A stretch of DNA of 63,831 nt, filler included, from Octopus bimaculoides (lineage: Eukaryota), in assembly GCF_001194135.2 (NCBI RefSeq). It is 7 parts of 7 records of this genome, joined end to end, with 100 filler letters (N's around TTAATTAATTAA, not from the genome) between each part and the next. Parts side by side here need not be neighbours in the genome. Positions count along the whole stretch, not along the records: positions 51,271 to 58,663 come from NC_068986.1; positions 58,764 to 61,472 come from NC_068981.1; positions 61,573 to 62,640 come from NW_026370549.1; positions 62,741 to 63,831 come from NC_069000.1; 3 more parts are not named here. One strand, 5' to 3'. How positions within the stretch are numbered: the stretch's first letter is position 1; every line of letters starts with the position of its first letter. A program made the translations under genes and the position numbers. Shown here in pieces: positions 52,611 through 63,831 of this stretch. The notes under the pieces are model-generated. The model was given only the letters and a program-made list of their open reading frames with translations, was not told the DNA's origin and did no database searches.

Positions 52611-53039
52611 ATGTTAAAAATTATTATTATTATGGACTCTAGATGGCAAAATTGGTGGATTGGCAGATAAAATGTCTTGCAGTTTTCAGATACTTCTCTT
52701 TACATTCTGAGTTCAAATCATACTGGGGTCAATTTTGCTTTACATTAAATTGGTGTCATTAAAATAAGTAAACACCAGACAAGTGCTAAGGTTGGTCTAA
52801 TAAAGTATATAGTCCTTAGCCACAAATTTGAAGTACTGTGTCTATGTTAGAAATCCTTATTAATGGATTGGTAGAAGCAATTCAGTGATGGACAAAATAT
52901 GCTGTTAAGTGTAATTATGTCCCTTTATATCCAATTTTACATCTTTCCTAGATATTACTCAAGTCAACTGAGTTTTAGGAAAAAGAAGCTAGGCTGTTAA
53001 TGCTTTATAAGAATCATTAACAACAAAAAGCAATTAGTT

Positions 53040-53574
53040 TTAACCCTTTAGCATTCTGATTATTATGTTAAATGTATTGTTGATTCATTCATATTGTTTT
53101 GTGTTAACTGTGTATTATCTCACAGCTTTGAGATTTCAATGATGTAATAGTTTTATTCTTAAAATGACATTGTAGGGTGTGCGGTAATGCTGGATCTGGT
53201 CGGCTTGAACATAAAACAGGTAGAATATTTTGGTCTGGTTTAAACGCTAAAATGATAAACATCACCCTTTCAAAGCTTAGCCGGGCCCGGTTTCCCGGTT
53301 TCTATGGCATATGTGTTCCCTCCAGCTGGACGGGACGCCAGTCCATTGCAACGTTACTCAAGAAACAGGAAGAAAGAGTGAGAGAAAGTTGGGGCGAAAG
53401 AGTACAACAGGGATCACCACCACCCCTTGTCGGAGCTTCATGGAGCTTAGGTGTTTTCACTCAATAAACACTCACAACGCCCGGTCTGGGAATCGAAACC
53501 GCGATCCTCTGACCGTGAGTCCGCTGCCCTAACCACTGGGCCATTGCGCCTCCACTTAAATGCTAAAGGGTTAA
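53040..53574. mobile_element. TTAA-flanked MITE (piggyBac-like ends) carrying a SINE insertion
   Basis: TTAA-CCCTTTAGCATT (53040-53055) ... AATGCTAAAGGG-TTAA (53559-53574). Confidence 0.8.
53252..53555 (-). mobile_element. tRNA-derived V-domain-like SINE
   Basis: Head GTGGAGGCGCAATGGCCCAGTGGTTAGGGCAGCGG...GGTTTCGATTCC and central TGCAATGGACTGGCGTCCCGTCCAG, resembling the V-SINE domain. 12-bp TSD TTAAA(C/T)GCTAAA at 53240-53251 and 53556-53567. Confidence 0.8.
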
Positions 53575-55339
53575 AATAATTATGACTAAGTCTCAGATCC
53601 AATTTTCCTTGGCTGCTACACATCCTGTCAATATTTGTATCCTATTCTTCATAATTCTCTAGCTCAACAGTCCCAATCCCCTAATCAAAGAGAGTCGAAA
53701 AGGCCTATTGTAATGATCATATTTTTTACTCAACAAAATGCTTCATGATAGCACAGCCTGACCATATATTCAACAGGAATGTTGAATATTTATAACACAA
53801 TGTCTTATTCTTCCAACATGTTTTTACTATTTTAATGATGGAAGGTGAACGAAGAGATGTTTGCGAAAAAGCTGGCTGTTATAATGAACAAGTCAAACAA
53901 ACAAGATTCATTCTTGTTAGCGTCTGGTACAGATTCAATATACGTTTATTGTATCTCTATCACTAATGGCCAAAAGGCAGAATATGCAACATAGTTTCCA
54001 GAAGACAAAAGTCTGCCTTTGAACATTCAATCACTTACCCTTCTGCTATATAGCTAACTGGAGTTATTCAGTAAAAGCGACAAAGAATATCTAAGGCTAG
54101 CTTTAAAATTAGCTGTTAGACAACTTCGTTTATAGTTGTAAAACAAAAATGAAATGAAAAAAACATCTTTTATTTCATCTGCCTTATACACCCTTTTTTT
54201 TTTTGTTTTGTTCTGACATTTTAATGATACTTTAGAAGGAATTAACAGCATATCTATGACAACATTCTAAAACAGTACCAAGAACAATATACCATTTGTT
54301 AACAGGCTATCTAACAGTACACCATTTGTTAGCAGGCTACCTAAATACCAGCTGATCATATGTAGAATATTTTTTGATAATTAACAGATGAGAAAAGGCA
54401 AAGTTTAGAACAGTGTAGATTTTTCAGTCTTACAAATAAAGTAACTTTAATTTTCTCCTACATTCAGAGGTTACTACATTAAAGCTAAAACATAACATGT
54501 ATCCATACAAGAATGTGTATATAGATGTGCTCATACATACAATGATAAATAGTTTGGAAAATGTTGTTCCTTCACAAACTTAAAAAATCCATATATAACA
54601 AGTTCTTAACTCTCATTTCTCTATCACAGAGAAAAGATTTACCACTGAAAAGGATACTAATCTATCACAGGTAACTTTTTTTTTGGAGTTTTATTATTCA
54701 TTCCTAACACTGAAGAAAATTCAAAACCGCCAACCACAAAAAAAGGCCTTAGAAACACAAGAAAACTAATCACAAGCTATCAGCTAATAATCCAATATTT
54801 TACCTAAACTGCATAATAAAATAGCAACAGCCAATATATACAAAGTTGTTACAAGCCATATTAAGAGGTTTCTTAGTGACTTGTTAGAAATAGCAGCCAA
54901 TTCTCTCTCAAATCACACTTACCATCTTAAACACAGTAGGATACAATGGATAATGTAGTCCTGAATACACTATGTCTTAGAAGAAAAAAGTGGAATGATG
55001 AAAGCTGGAACACCTTTGATTACAGGTGTGCTTGATCAAGGCTGACCTGGACCTATATAATGACAAAGTTGATAATTTCAATCCTAAACAACATTCAACA
55101 GCCTCCAAGAGCTATGCCAATTGAATTCTCTAAGAGCTATTTCAATAGAACTATACATAAGTGTATACAAAAAGAAAAATTCTGAGCAAGGTTGCTGACC
55201 ATTTTCAATGAAATCTTAGGGAATCAACTTCATCCTGTCTGTCTGTCTCTGCTGTGACTACCATCAAAGAATTCAATCAGACATGAAAAGACTACATAGT
55301 AAAAATAATCTATAGGCATAGGTGTGGTTGTGTAGCATA

Positions 55340-55718
55340 GGTGCAGGTGTGGCTGTGTGGTAAGAAACTTGCTTCCCAACCACAAGGTTCCAAGTTCAGT
55401 CCCACTGCATGGCATTTATGGCAGATGTTTTCCTCTATAGCCTTGGACTGACCAAAGCCTTGTGAATGGATTTGGTGGATGGAAACTGAAAGAAGCCTGT
55501 CATGTGTGTGTGCGTGTGTATGTGCATGTTTGTCCCCCTCCACCACTTGACAACTAGTGTTGGTGTGTTTACCATAACCTGACAATTCAGCTGGGGAGGG
55601 GGTGATGGAATAAGTACCTGTTTAAAAAAAAAGTACTTGGGTTGAATTGCTCAACTAGAAGTTCTTTGAGGTGGTGCTCCAGCATGGCCACAATCTAATA
55701 ACTGCAACAAGATAAAAA
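55340..55718 (+). mobile_element. SINE family A, heavily CpG-decayed
   Basis: Consensus CpGs read as TG/CA (ctgcatggca, gactgacc, gatggaaac, cctgtcatg). Confidence 0.85.
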
Positions 55719-56697
55719 ATAACATACTCTATAATTGTATAATTAGGATGTTTAAGACATCTAGATATGTTTCTAAATGTTTGTTTTACTTCAGACTGCT
55801 TTATGGCCCAGCTGCAGTTGATGAGCTGATAAATTCAAGTAGTTGGATGGATATGGTATTAGGCTCAAATGTTTTGAGTTCAAATCTACTGCCAGCATAT
55901 ACAAATGTATATGGGGAAGTTCACTGAATTCTGAATACTTTAGCCCACTTGAATGACCTACTTGCTTCTTCATAGAACATTACTTCAAATAGATAATCAT
56001 CCTGTGCCAGAGGAAATTTAATTCTCATCTACTTGATACCAGGAAACCAAAGTTTAGTATCAATTCTTGAAAGCCTTCATGACACATCCATAATAAAAAC
56101 TATTCACAACAAAGAGTGTTTAAACATGGTTTATTGAAGATACTCAATAACAACTCCGTATTAAGCAAAAATAAATTTATTGCAGGATATCAGTAAATGT
56201 TCTTAGATTTCAACATTTACAATTAGAATGAAATACCTATTCTCTTCCTATGTCTATATTGTACAATGTGAAGTGAATACAAACATCAAAAGTAATTAAG
56301 AATATGGCTGGGTGTCGATGAAGACAAAACTACAAATTAATCATTTTCACAGGAAATGTTCCTTGGTCTGTTTCAGAGTATTTTCTTCTAACTTAACACT
56401 TTTTTTTAAATGCTACCATTTCTACAGGCAGACATTTGGTGAGTTATTGATTTTTGCAGTGAACTCAAGCATTACAAAGCCAATAAATAAAGAAAGGGGG
56501 TTACACATAGGCATACATGCACATGTGTGTGTGTGTGTGTGTGTGTGTGTATGCATGTATGCGCATGCGTGCATATGTGTACATCTATGTGATAGAGAGA
56601 GAGTTAGAGAGAAAACTACAGACCCAGCCAACTCATACCAGCATTAAAAAAAAATGTCTATATAACTTAATGGCTTGTTTCTCTGAAAGTATATGCT

Positions 56698-56770
<73 letters not shown>

Positions 56771-56896
56771 CTATCAACAAGCACATATGTGCATACATAG
56801 GCATCTATGTGTTATGAACATGAACCCATACAAGTATGTTTGTACACATACACTCATATAAATGTTTGGACATACCTACAATAAACTATGTATATG

Positions 56897-56931
<35 letters not shown>

Positions 56932-57789
56932 ACATAGACAATTTTCTTTAATCTATGATCTAATGAGATTTGTTTTCATTCAAATCTTCTCACTTGGAAC
57001 CCATAAGCACAGTTAAGTTTTACAAGTCAAAGTTAGTATTAGTAAAGTGAAGAACAGAGGAATAAACATAGCTAACATTTCATCTAGTATTGCAGCTATA
57101 CTAAACTTGCAAAATCAATAGGAAGACTAAAAACAGAGATGAAACAAAGATAATATATTGAAAACATTTAAAATGATAATGATATTTAAAACTATGGCAA
57201 ATAAATATTATGAGCAATCTGTTAGAGAATGGGGTTCAGGTAATACACTGTACTTGGGCCTAAGAATTTCCTGGGATCTCAGGAAATATTGGAATATAAG
57301 GTACAAATATAGAAGAATGGTTGTTAAGGTTACTTCAGAACTATGAGATCTCTGACTTGGTCTCACTGCATGGCATCCTGGGCAAATGTTTTTTATTTTT
57401 ACTTTATCTTTAGGCTAACCAATGCCTTGTGAATGAAAGTGACAGGTAGAATCTATATAGAAGCCCACCATATGTGTGTGTGGTACTTATATTTTAAAGG
57501 ACCAGCCTTGTCACATTGTGTCATGCTGAATCCCTGAGAACTGTGGAATGCTCAGCTACTTGCACATTGATTTCACAAGCAGGCTATTCCGTTGATCAGA
57601 TCAACTGGAACACTCGTCATCATAACCGACAGAGTGTCAGTTTTTGTTTTTTTGTTTTAAGAGTTTGTTTACATGTCAGTCTTGATTTCAATGTTGACAC
57701 TGTATTGTGTTCATGTCTTGTAACTTAGCAGTTCAACAAAATCAATAAAATAATTATCAAACTTAAAAAAAAGAAAAGCAGTACTGGAG

Positions 57790-58065
57790 TCAGTATCACT
57801 TGGATCAGCCAGGCTGTCTGGTGCTGAGTCAGCTCCGCTGGTCACAGCATTCAGTCCATTCCCTTCATGCTCTCACCATTCTCCTCCATGTTGTTCCAAA
57901 TATTTTCCTTAAATCATCTTTGCACCTGACTGGAGGTCTTTGAGTGGTCTCTTCCGCTCGCATGAGTACCACTCAACAACTGCACAGGTCCACCAATTGT
58001 CTGTGAACCTTATGGCATGACCAGTTCATTGTCGCTTTGCATGGTGGTATTCTGCAATGACAAGG
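57790..58065 (-). mobile_element. 3' coding remnant of a second RTE-clade LINE
   Basis: Decayed TGHAIRFTDNWWTCAVVEWYSCERKR..RPPVRCKDDLRKIFGTTW resembles the RTE C-terminal WAGHV.R..D.RW...RGRP..RW motif. Confidence 0.65.
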
Positions 58066-58430
58066 GGTCAATATAATTGACTAAAAACAAAACCCTTCAA
58101 GGCAAAGTCCCAGCATTTCTACAGTTGAAAGACTGAAAAGAGTAAATGACTATATGCTATAAACTAGCATTCCCAAAAGAGGAGACCTAAAATAAACTTT
58201 GTATACCCTTGATAAAATTCTTTTCAGAGGTCCTGTAGTCAGTAATCATTACACAAGATGCAAAATAGAGTGGTAAACATAAGATGGTGATTCTAATAAT
58301 CAAACACAGGGTGTCCACAAAGTTTGGGTACATGGAGTAAATAAAATCATAACATAAACAATTAAATATAAGAAATAATAATTTCTTAAAGTATGCATTA
58401 ATCCCCATGTGGGTACATGGAGTAAATAAA

Positions 58431-58662
58431 ATCATCATCATCATCATCATCATCATCGTTTAACGTCCGCTTTCCATGCTAGCATGGGTTGGACGATTTG
58501 ACTGAGGACTGGTGAAACCGGATGGCAACACCAGGCTCCAGTCTGATTTGGCAGAGTTTCTACAGCTGGATGCCCTTCCTAACGCCAACCACTCAGAGAG
58601 TGTAGTGGGTGCTTTTACGTGTCACCTGCACGAAAACGGCCACGCTCGAAATGGTGTCTTTT
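58431..58662 (-). mobile_element. Extreme 3' end of an RTE-type LINE with a (GAT)n tail
   Basis: (ATC)n tail on the plus strand, then ...ggatgcccttcctaacgccaacc. It shares the CACCATTT(C)GAGC and GGTG.CA.GTAAA units with the 3' UTR at 4670-4800. Cut by a gap. Confidence 0.75.
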
Positions 58663-59032
58663 ANNNNNNNNNNNNNNNNNNNNNNNNNNNNNNNNNNNNN
58701 NNNNNNNTTAATTAATTAANNNNNNNNNNNNNNNNNNNNNNNNNNNNNNNNNNNNNNNNNNNNTTGTAACCCTGTGGTTTCAGGTTCAGTCCCACTGCAC
58801 AGCCGGATCGACCAGTGCCTTTTGAGTGAATCTGGTAGACGGAAACTGTGTGACAGTCTATCATAGTCACCATATGCAAGGTTATGCAATGTGTATAAAT
58901 TTATTTACGTTATAAACCTAGTCTCATAACAGTCAGTATATGTTCGATAACTTAAAATAGCTGTTCTGAGACTAAATTTATAACCATACATAATAAATAT
59001 ATAAATATAATATATCATATAAATAAAATACA

Positions 59033-59066
<34 letters not shown>

Positions 59067-59069
<3 letters not shown>

Positions 59070-59510
59070 GGTGGGCCATATTGATGGCACACATTTTAAA
59101 TGTTAATATCTTGGATTATAAAAATGACATGGAGTGCCAAATATATTTATTACATAACTGATATAGAGGAGTTTAACATATCTATAATTTTACAATTTTT
59201 TCCAGGTAGTTGGTGTTGGTGACCCTCATAATGTCGCAGTCTCCATAAGAAATCGCATACGTGGTCGAAGCATACTTCACCAGCCATCGTTGCAGCACAA
59301 AGAAAATTCCGACAGTAATTTGGAAAGCGAGAGGTACCATCCCGAAATGCGATCCTGCGTGCTTTTACAAACTTCCCTGAGAAGGCGATTGCAGCCATTC
59401 CAGTTGATATGCTAAGCGGCTGTAAGTTTGATATGAGAAAGCGAGCTCGTGAATGTTCTCTTCGTGGTGGTGACAATCTCCAGGATGCAATATTCAAATC
59501 TTAGATAATA
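59067..59510 (+). mobile_element. Internally deleted Tc1/mariner-superfamily element
   Basis: TA|CAGGGTGGGCCA terminus. The N-terminal piece (EIAYVVEAYFTS..AAQRKFRQ*FGKREVPSRNAILRAFTNF) is fused to the C-terminal piece (AIAAIPVDML..RKRARECSLRGGDNLQDAIFKS*). No right TIR found. Confidence 0.7.
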
Positions 59511-60033
59511 TATTGAACTTAATGTTTGTGAGCCTAGTACTTAGTCAGCTTGCAATATATTGAAAAATAAGTGACACACGGTCACTGATCTTGCATCAAG
59601 CAAACTAGCTAGTCAAGAAAATCTCTATACGAGATGAAAGCAGTATTCACATCCACAAATAGTGTTTAACGCCGTCTAAGCACGGCTGTTCTCTAGGAAC
59701 CGACGATACTGCCATTTTAACCTCAGGAGGAAATCTCTTTCAGCTGGTTATGCAGTGCGCTCTACACTCGATATATATTGCATATTTATATGTATGCATG
59801 TATGTATGTATGTATGTGTCTCTATGTATATATATATATATGTGTGTTTGTATGTATGTGTGTATGTATATATATATATATATATATATGTTTGTGTTCC
59901 ACACCACTCTACACACACTAGCACTGACCACTTCCCAGCATCCATGCCACACACTATCATCCACACACCCACACGCGCATACACACACACACACGCGCAT
60001 ACCCACACACACGCGTATACACACACACACGCG

Positions 60034-60074
<41 letters not shown>

Positions 60075-60078
<4 letters not shown>

Positions 60079-60897
60079 GACAGGCTTCTTTCAGTTTCCG
60101 TCTACCAAATCCACTCACAAGGGGCTTTGGTCGACCCGAAGACCCTTGCCCAAGGTGCCNNNNNNNNNNNNNNNNNNNNNNNNNNNNNNNNNNNNNNNNN
60201 NNNNNNNNNNNNNNNNNNNNNNNNNNNNNNNNNNNNNNNNNNNNNNNNNNNNNNNNNNNNNNNNNNNNNNNNNNNNNNNNNNNNNNNNNNNNNNNNNNNN
60301 NNNNNNNNNNNNNNNNNNNNNNNNNNNNNNNNNNNNNNNNNNNNNNNNNNNNNNNNNNNNNNNNNNNNNNNNNNNNNNNNNNNNNNNNNNNNNNNNNNNN
60401 NNNNNNNNNNNNNNNNNNNNNNNNNNNNNNNNNNNNNNNNNNNNNNNNNNNNNNNNNNNNNNNNNNNNNNNNNNNNNNNNNNNNNNNNNNNNNNNNNNNN
60501 NNNNNNNNNNNNNNNNNNNNNNNNNNNNNNNNNNNNNNNNNNNNNNNNNNNNNNNNNNNNNNNNNNNNNNNNNNNNNNNNNNNNNNNNNNNNNNNNNNNN
60601 NNNNNNNNNNNNNNNNNNNNNNNNNNNNNNNNNNNNNNNNTATATATATATATATATATATATATGCGTGTGTGTGTGTGTGTCTGTGTGTGTCTGTCTG
60701 TGTTTGTCTCCCCACCATCTGTTGACAACCAATGCTGGTGTACTTACGTCCCCGTAATATAGCAGTTCGGCAAAAAAGACCGATAGAATAAGTGCTAGAA
60801 TAAGTGCTACAAAGAATAAGTCGATTTGCTCGACTAAAGGCGGTGCTCCAGCATAGCCGCAATCAAATGACTGATACAAATAAAAGAATAAAAGAAT
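60075..60897. mobile_element. Two SINE family A halves in opposite orientation either side of a gap
   Basis: Minus-strand head half at 60075-60159 and plus-strand tail half at 60660-60897. Confidence 0.75.
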
Positions 60898-61427
60898 ACA
60901 TACACACACGATTGCCAACATGCAACACTCTTTCTTTCTTTCTTTCTTTCTTTCTTTCAATTCTCTCTCTGACACACATACATATGTCTTCTCAAATGTC
61001 ATTCGATGACAATATGGTTGACTAAGGAATTCTGTCGTTATTGCAAATATTCCTGGCACCTGCAATACAACCACACATAAAACACACAACAAACGAAATC
61101 ACCCCATGAAAAAAAAAAAAAAAAAAAAAAAAAGAAAAATGTCAAAGTGAGACACGAAAAATACAAAAATAAGACCAAACCAACAACACAATTAAAATTT
61201 ATGAAAAATGTCCTAATAAACTGTGATAACAACACTAAAAGTAAATTAAAGTAAATCGAAGACGGCCATTTATACAAATAAACATACAGATACAAATAAT
61301 AAGTATATGTATGCATGATTGTATGTGTGTGTGTATGTATGCATGCATGCATGTATGTATGTGTGTATGTATGCATGCATGGTTGCATGTATGTATGTAT
61401 ACATACATGTATAGATACATACATACA

Positions 61428-61472
<45 letters not shown>

Positions 61473-62186
61473 NNNNNNNNNNNNNNNNNNNNNNNNNNNN
61501 NNNNNNNNNNNNNNNNTTAATTAATTAANNNNNNNNNNNNNNNNNNNNNNNNNNNNNNNNNNNNNNNNNNNNTACTTATATTCTTCATTATTTTCGAAAA
61601 GAACCGAAAGAAAGGCATAGTATTTTAAAAGATACAGAGTAACAAAAGAGTTAATCACTTCCAGAAGTAAAACTTCCATTTATTTTGTCACATAACAGTT
61701 ATACTGGTAATGGAACACATTTCTTAATCATTTCAAAATATCAATGCTAAAGGAAAGAGTTTGTTTTCCTCGCTGATTGTTCGCAACCTTTCAGTTAATT
61801 AAGAGTAAAACGTCACAACTAGAAGTATTTCTGCTATCCAAATGCTGCAGATGTTCCAAAAAGCAAGCACTTAGCTGAGTTCTTTATATCATGGTATACA
61901 ACATTTGATGGTTTTCAATGAGAAGCTTACCAATAAACTTTCGAATAGAAGCAAAATTCTTATTCTGCTGTCTATTTGGTTCTTTTTTTTGTTTTTTTGG
62001 CAAATACAACAATTCATCACTAAGCCATTCTTTTAACATTTCCTTTGTTCATATTCTTTTATTTCAGAGTTTAGCAACCTCCGTTGTGTGGCAGGTCATA
62101 AGCACGTTGTATCTATAGAGATGAGGAACTTTTTATTATTTCATCATCATCGTCGTCATCATTATCGTCAACGTCGTCGTTATTGC

Positions 62187-62219
<33 letters not shown>

Positions 62220-62605
62220 AGTTATCATTGTCATTACCATGCTCCTCCCTTGCAAACTAGGGGTCAGAAAAGAACTACGTTCCACTTTACACAATTTCTC
62301 TCGAAGTCCCTACTGTACGTAATTTGCTGTAGATTCCAGACAAAGCGCGGTTGTACACCCAATCACCAATCTTGGAGAGAAAGATTCCCTATTATTTACG
62401 TCAATTGTTATTTCAGAATAGCAAAAACGTCATAATATTTCTGGATTTTCTAAAACCCTAAAAATATATAGTATAATGCGTTCTTTCACACTTCATTGCT
62501 GGCTATATCCCTAACAAAAGCATTGTTTGCGTGCGTTTGCGCGTGCGTATGCGCGCTCGAGCGTGTGTGTTTGTGCGTGTCCATGTGTGCGTGTGTGTGT
62601 ATTAT

Positions 62606-62640
<35 letters not shown>

Positions 62641-63066
62641 NNNNNNNNNNNNNNNNNNNNNNNNNNNNNNNNNNNNNNNNNNNNTTAATTAATTAANNNN
62701 NNNNNNNNNNNNNNNNNNNNNNNNNNNNNNNNNNNNNNNNTGTTTTGAGATGGGCAAGTGGTGGTAGGTGAAGGAAACTTAGAGCAGTGACAGTGAACCT
62801 TTGAGCTCTGAATAAGTAAATTCATAAATATAAATAATTTGATAACATTTATTCAATAATGTTCAATAAAAACTGAATAAATACATTTATTTATTTAAAT
62901 GAGAGGATTCATTGTGTCACCACCCAACAAAAAAATATAGAAAAGGAGAAACAGAAAAAAATGAGATACAGAGAAAAAGTGAAAAATGAGTAAAAGAGTG
63001 AGAAAGAGAACAAAAGTCATAAATCTGAAAGAGAAAAGAAAGAAAAAAAAGACAATAAAATCTCAC

Positions 63067-63191
63067 CGTGATCACATGACATTGCTTTTGTTCAACTTCT
63101 TTTATTTGAGTTGCCAAAGCAGCACAATTACTACATTCCTGGATGTTAGATTTACTGGAACCATGGCTGTCACTGGGAATTGTACACGTTT
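63067..63191 (-). CDS. Probable coding exon of an unidentified gene
   Basis: Acceptor TATATTTATATCTACAG, donor ACG|GTGAGA followed by a T-rich intron, 125 nt, phase 1/0. Open frame (E)TCTIPSDSHGSSKSNIQECSNCAALATQIKEVEQKQCHVIT has non-repetitive composition and a short coiled-coil-like tail. Confidence 0.55.
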
Positions 63192-63561
63192 CTGTAGATA
63201 TATAAATATACACGTGTAAAATATTTAGGATTGTATGTACAGAGTATTCAGGCTAAATTTGATGATTTTTTTTTATGTCTCATGTTTACAGAAACAGCTT
63301 GATGTATTAGTGAACAGTTAATGGCATTGGAAAGCATAACGATTTAAGTTTATAGTTGAGAATAAGTTACTGACATGAAGGACTGAAAGCCATCTGAATA
63401 TTGGAAAAGAGTTAGCTAGATAAAGATAATTCGGTACTCTTTTGGCGTGTGATCTACAAGGGAGTTTACTTTAGGTTACTTTTTAAATTATTCTATGCAT
63501 TTTTTTTTTCAAATTTCTTACTATTTTAATAATAAGAAAACTATATAATAATCAAAATAAA

Positions 63562-63831
63562 GGCGCAGGAGTGGCTGTGTGGTAAGTAGCTTCCTTACCA
63601 ACCACATAGTTCCGGGTTCACTCCCACTGCGTGGCACCCTGGGCAAGTGTCTTCTACTATAGCCTCAGGCCAACCAAAGCCTTGTGAGTGGATTTGGTAG
63701 ACGGAAACTGAAAGAAGCCTGTCATATATATGTATATATATATATATATGTGTATGTTTGTGTGTCTGTGTTTGTCCCCCCCAACATCGCTTGACAACCG
63801 ATGCTGGTGTGTTTACGTCCCCGTAACTTTA
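63562..63831 (+). mobile_element. SINE family A, young, truncated by the window end
   Basis: ggcgcaggagtggctgtgtggtaag...ccgggttcactccc head, with CpGs largely intact. Confidence 0.9.

Noticed and set aside
54915-54930. Strong minus-strand donor-like GATG|GTAAGTG
   Set aside because: Appears to lie in a repeat-like segment, with no open upstream exon or acceptor.
18071-61524. Long ORFs of 150-400 aa made of X, YI, HT or CV runs
   Set aside because: They read through N gaps and (TA)/(CA)/(TG) microsatellites and carry no coding information.
1-63831. CRISPR arrays, operons or other prokaryotic systems
   Set aside because: The sequence is clearly eukaryotic (spliceosomal introns, SINEs, LINEs) and has no regularly spaced repeat-spacer structure.

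Overview
This is a gappy, AT-rich, microsatellite-dense draft of an animal genome. It is most likely an octopus; that is inferred from the SINE and microsatellite landscape, not verified. The only host gene I can identify is a minus-strand UBAP2/UBAP2L/lingerer-like gene, seen as two phase-0 coding exons (3440-3532 and 2746-2856) encoding the region before and within the UBA-like domain. Most other interpretable sequence is decayed mobile DNA: an RTE-type LINE with a PHD-like finger inside its RT, RLE-type and RTE 3' LINE remnants, three different Tc1/mariner elements, a Helitron helicase remnant, Helitron/Helentron-type non-autonomous elements, hAT and TTAA MITEs, and many tRNA-derived SINEs from at least four families. 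The most interesting signals are hammerhead ribozyme motifs. One is a ~320-bp element joining a tRNA-like Pol III head, a trinucleotide tract and a sense-oriented minimal hammerhead (25855-26177, minus). The other is a dispersed Penelope-like repeat with a variant CUGUCGA core (35887, 43291, decayed copies at 50.7-50.9 kb). Uneven CpG decay in SINE copies suggests two methylated gene bodies (about 1-8 kb and 51-58.5 kb), and weak exon candidates hint at a second gene. Nearly all ORFs in the supplied track are microsatellite or N-gap artefacts. All alignments and folds were done by eye; no searches were run.
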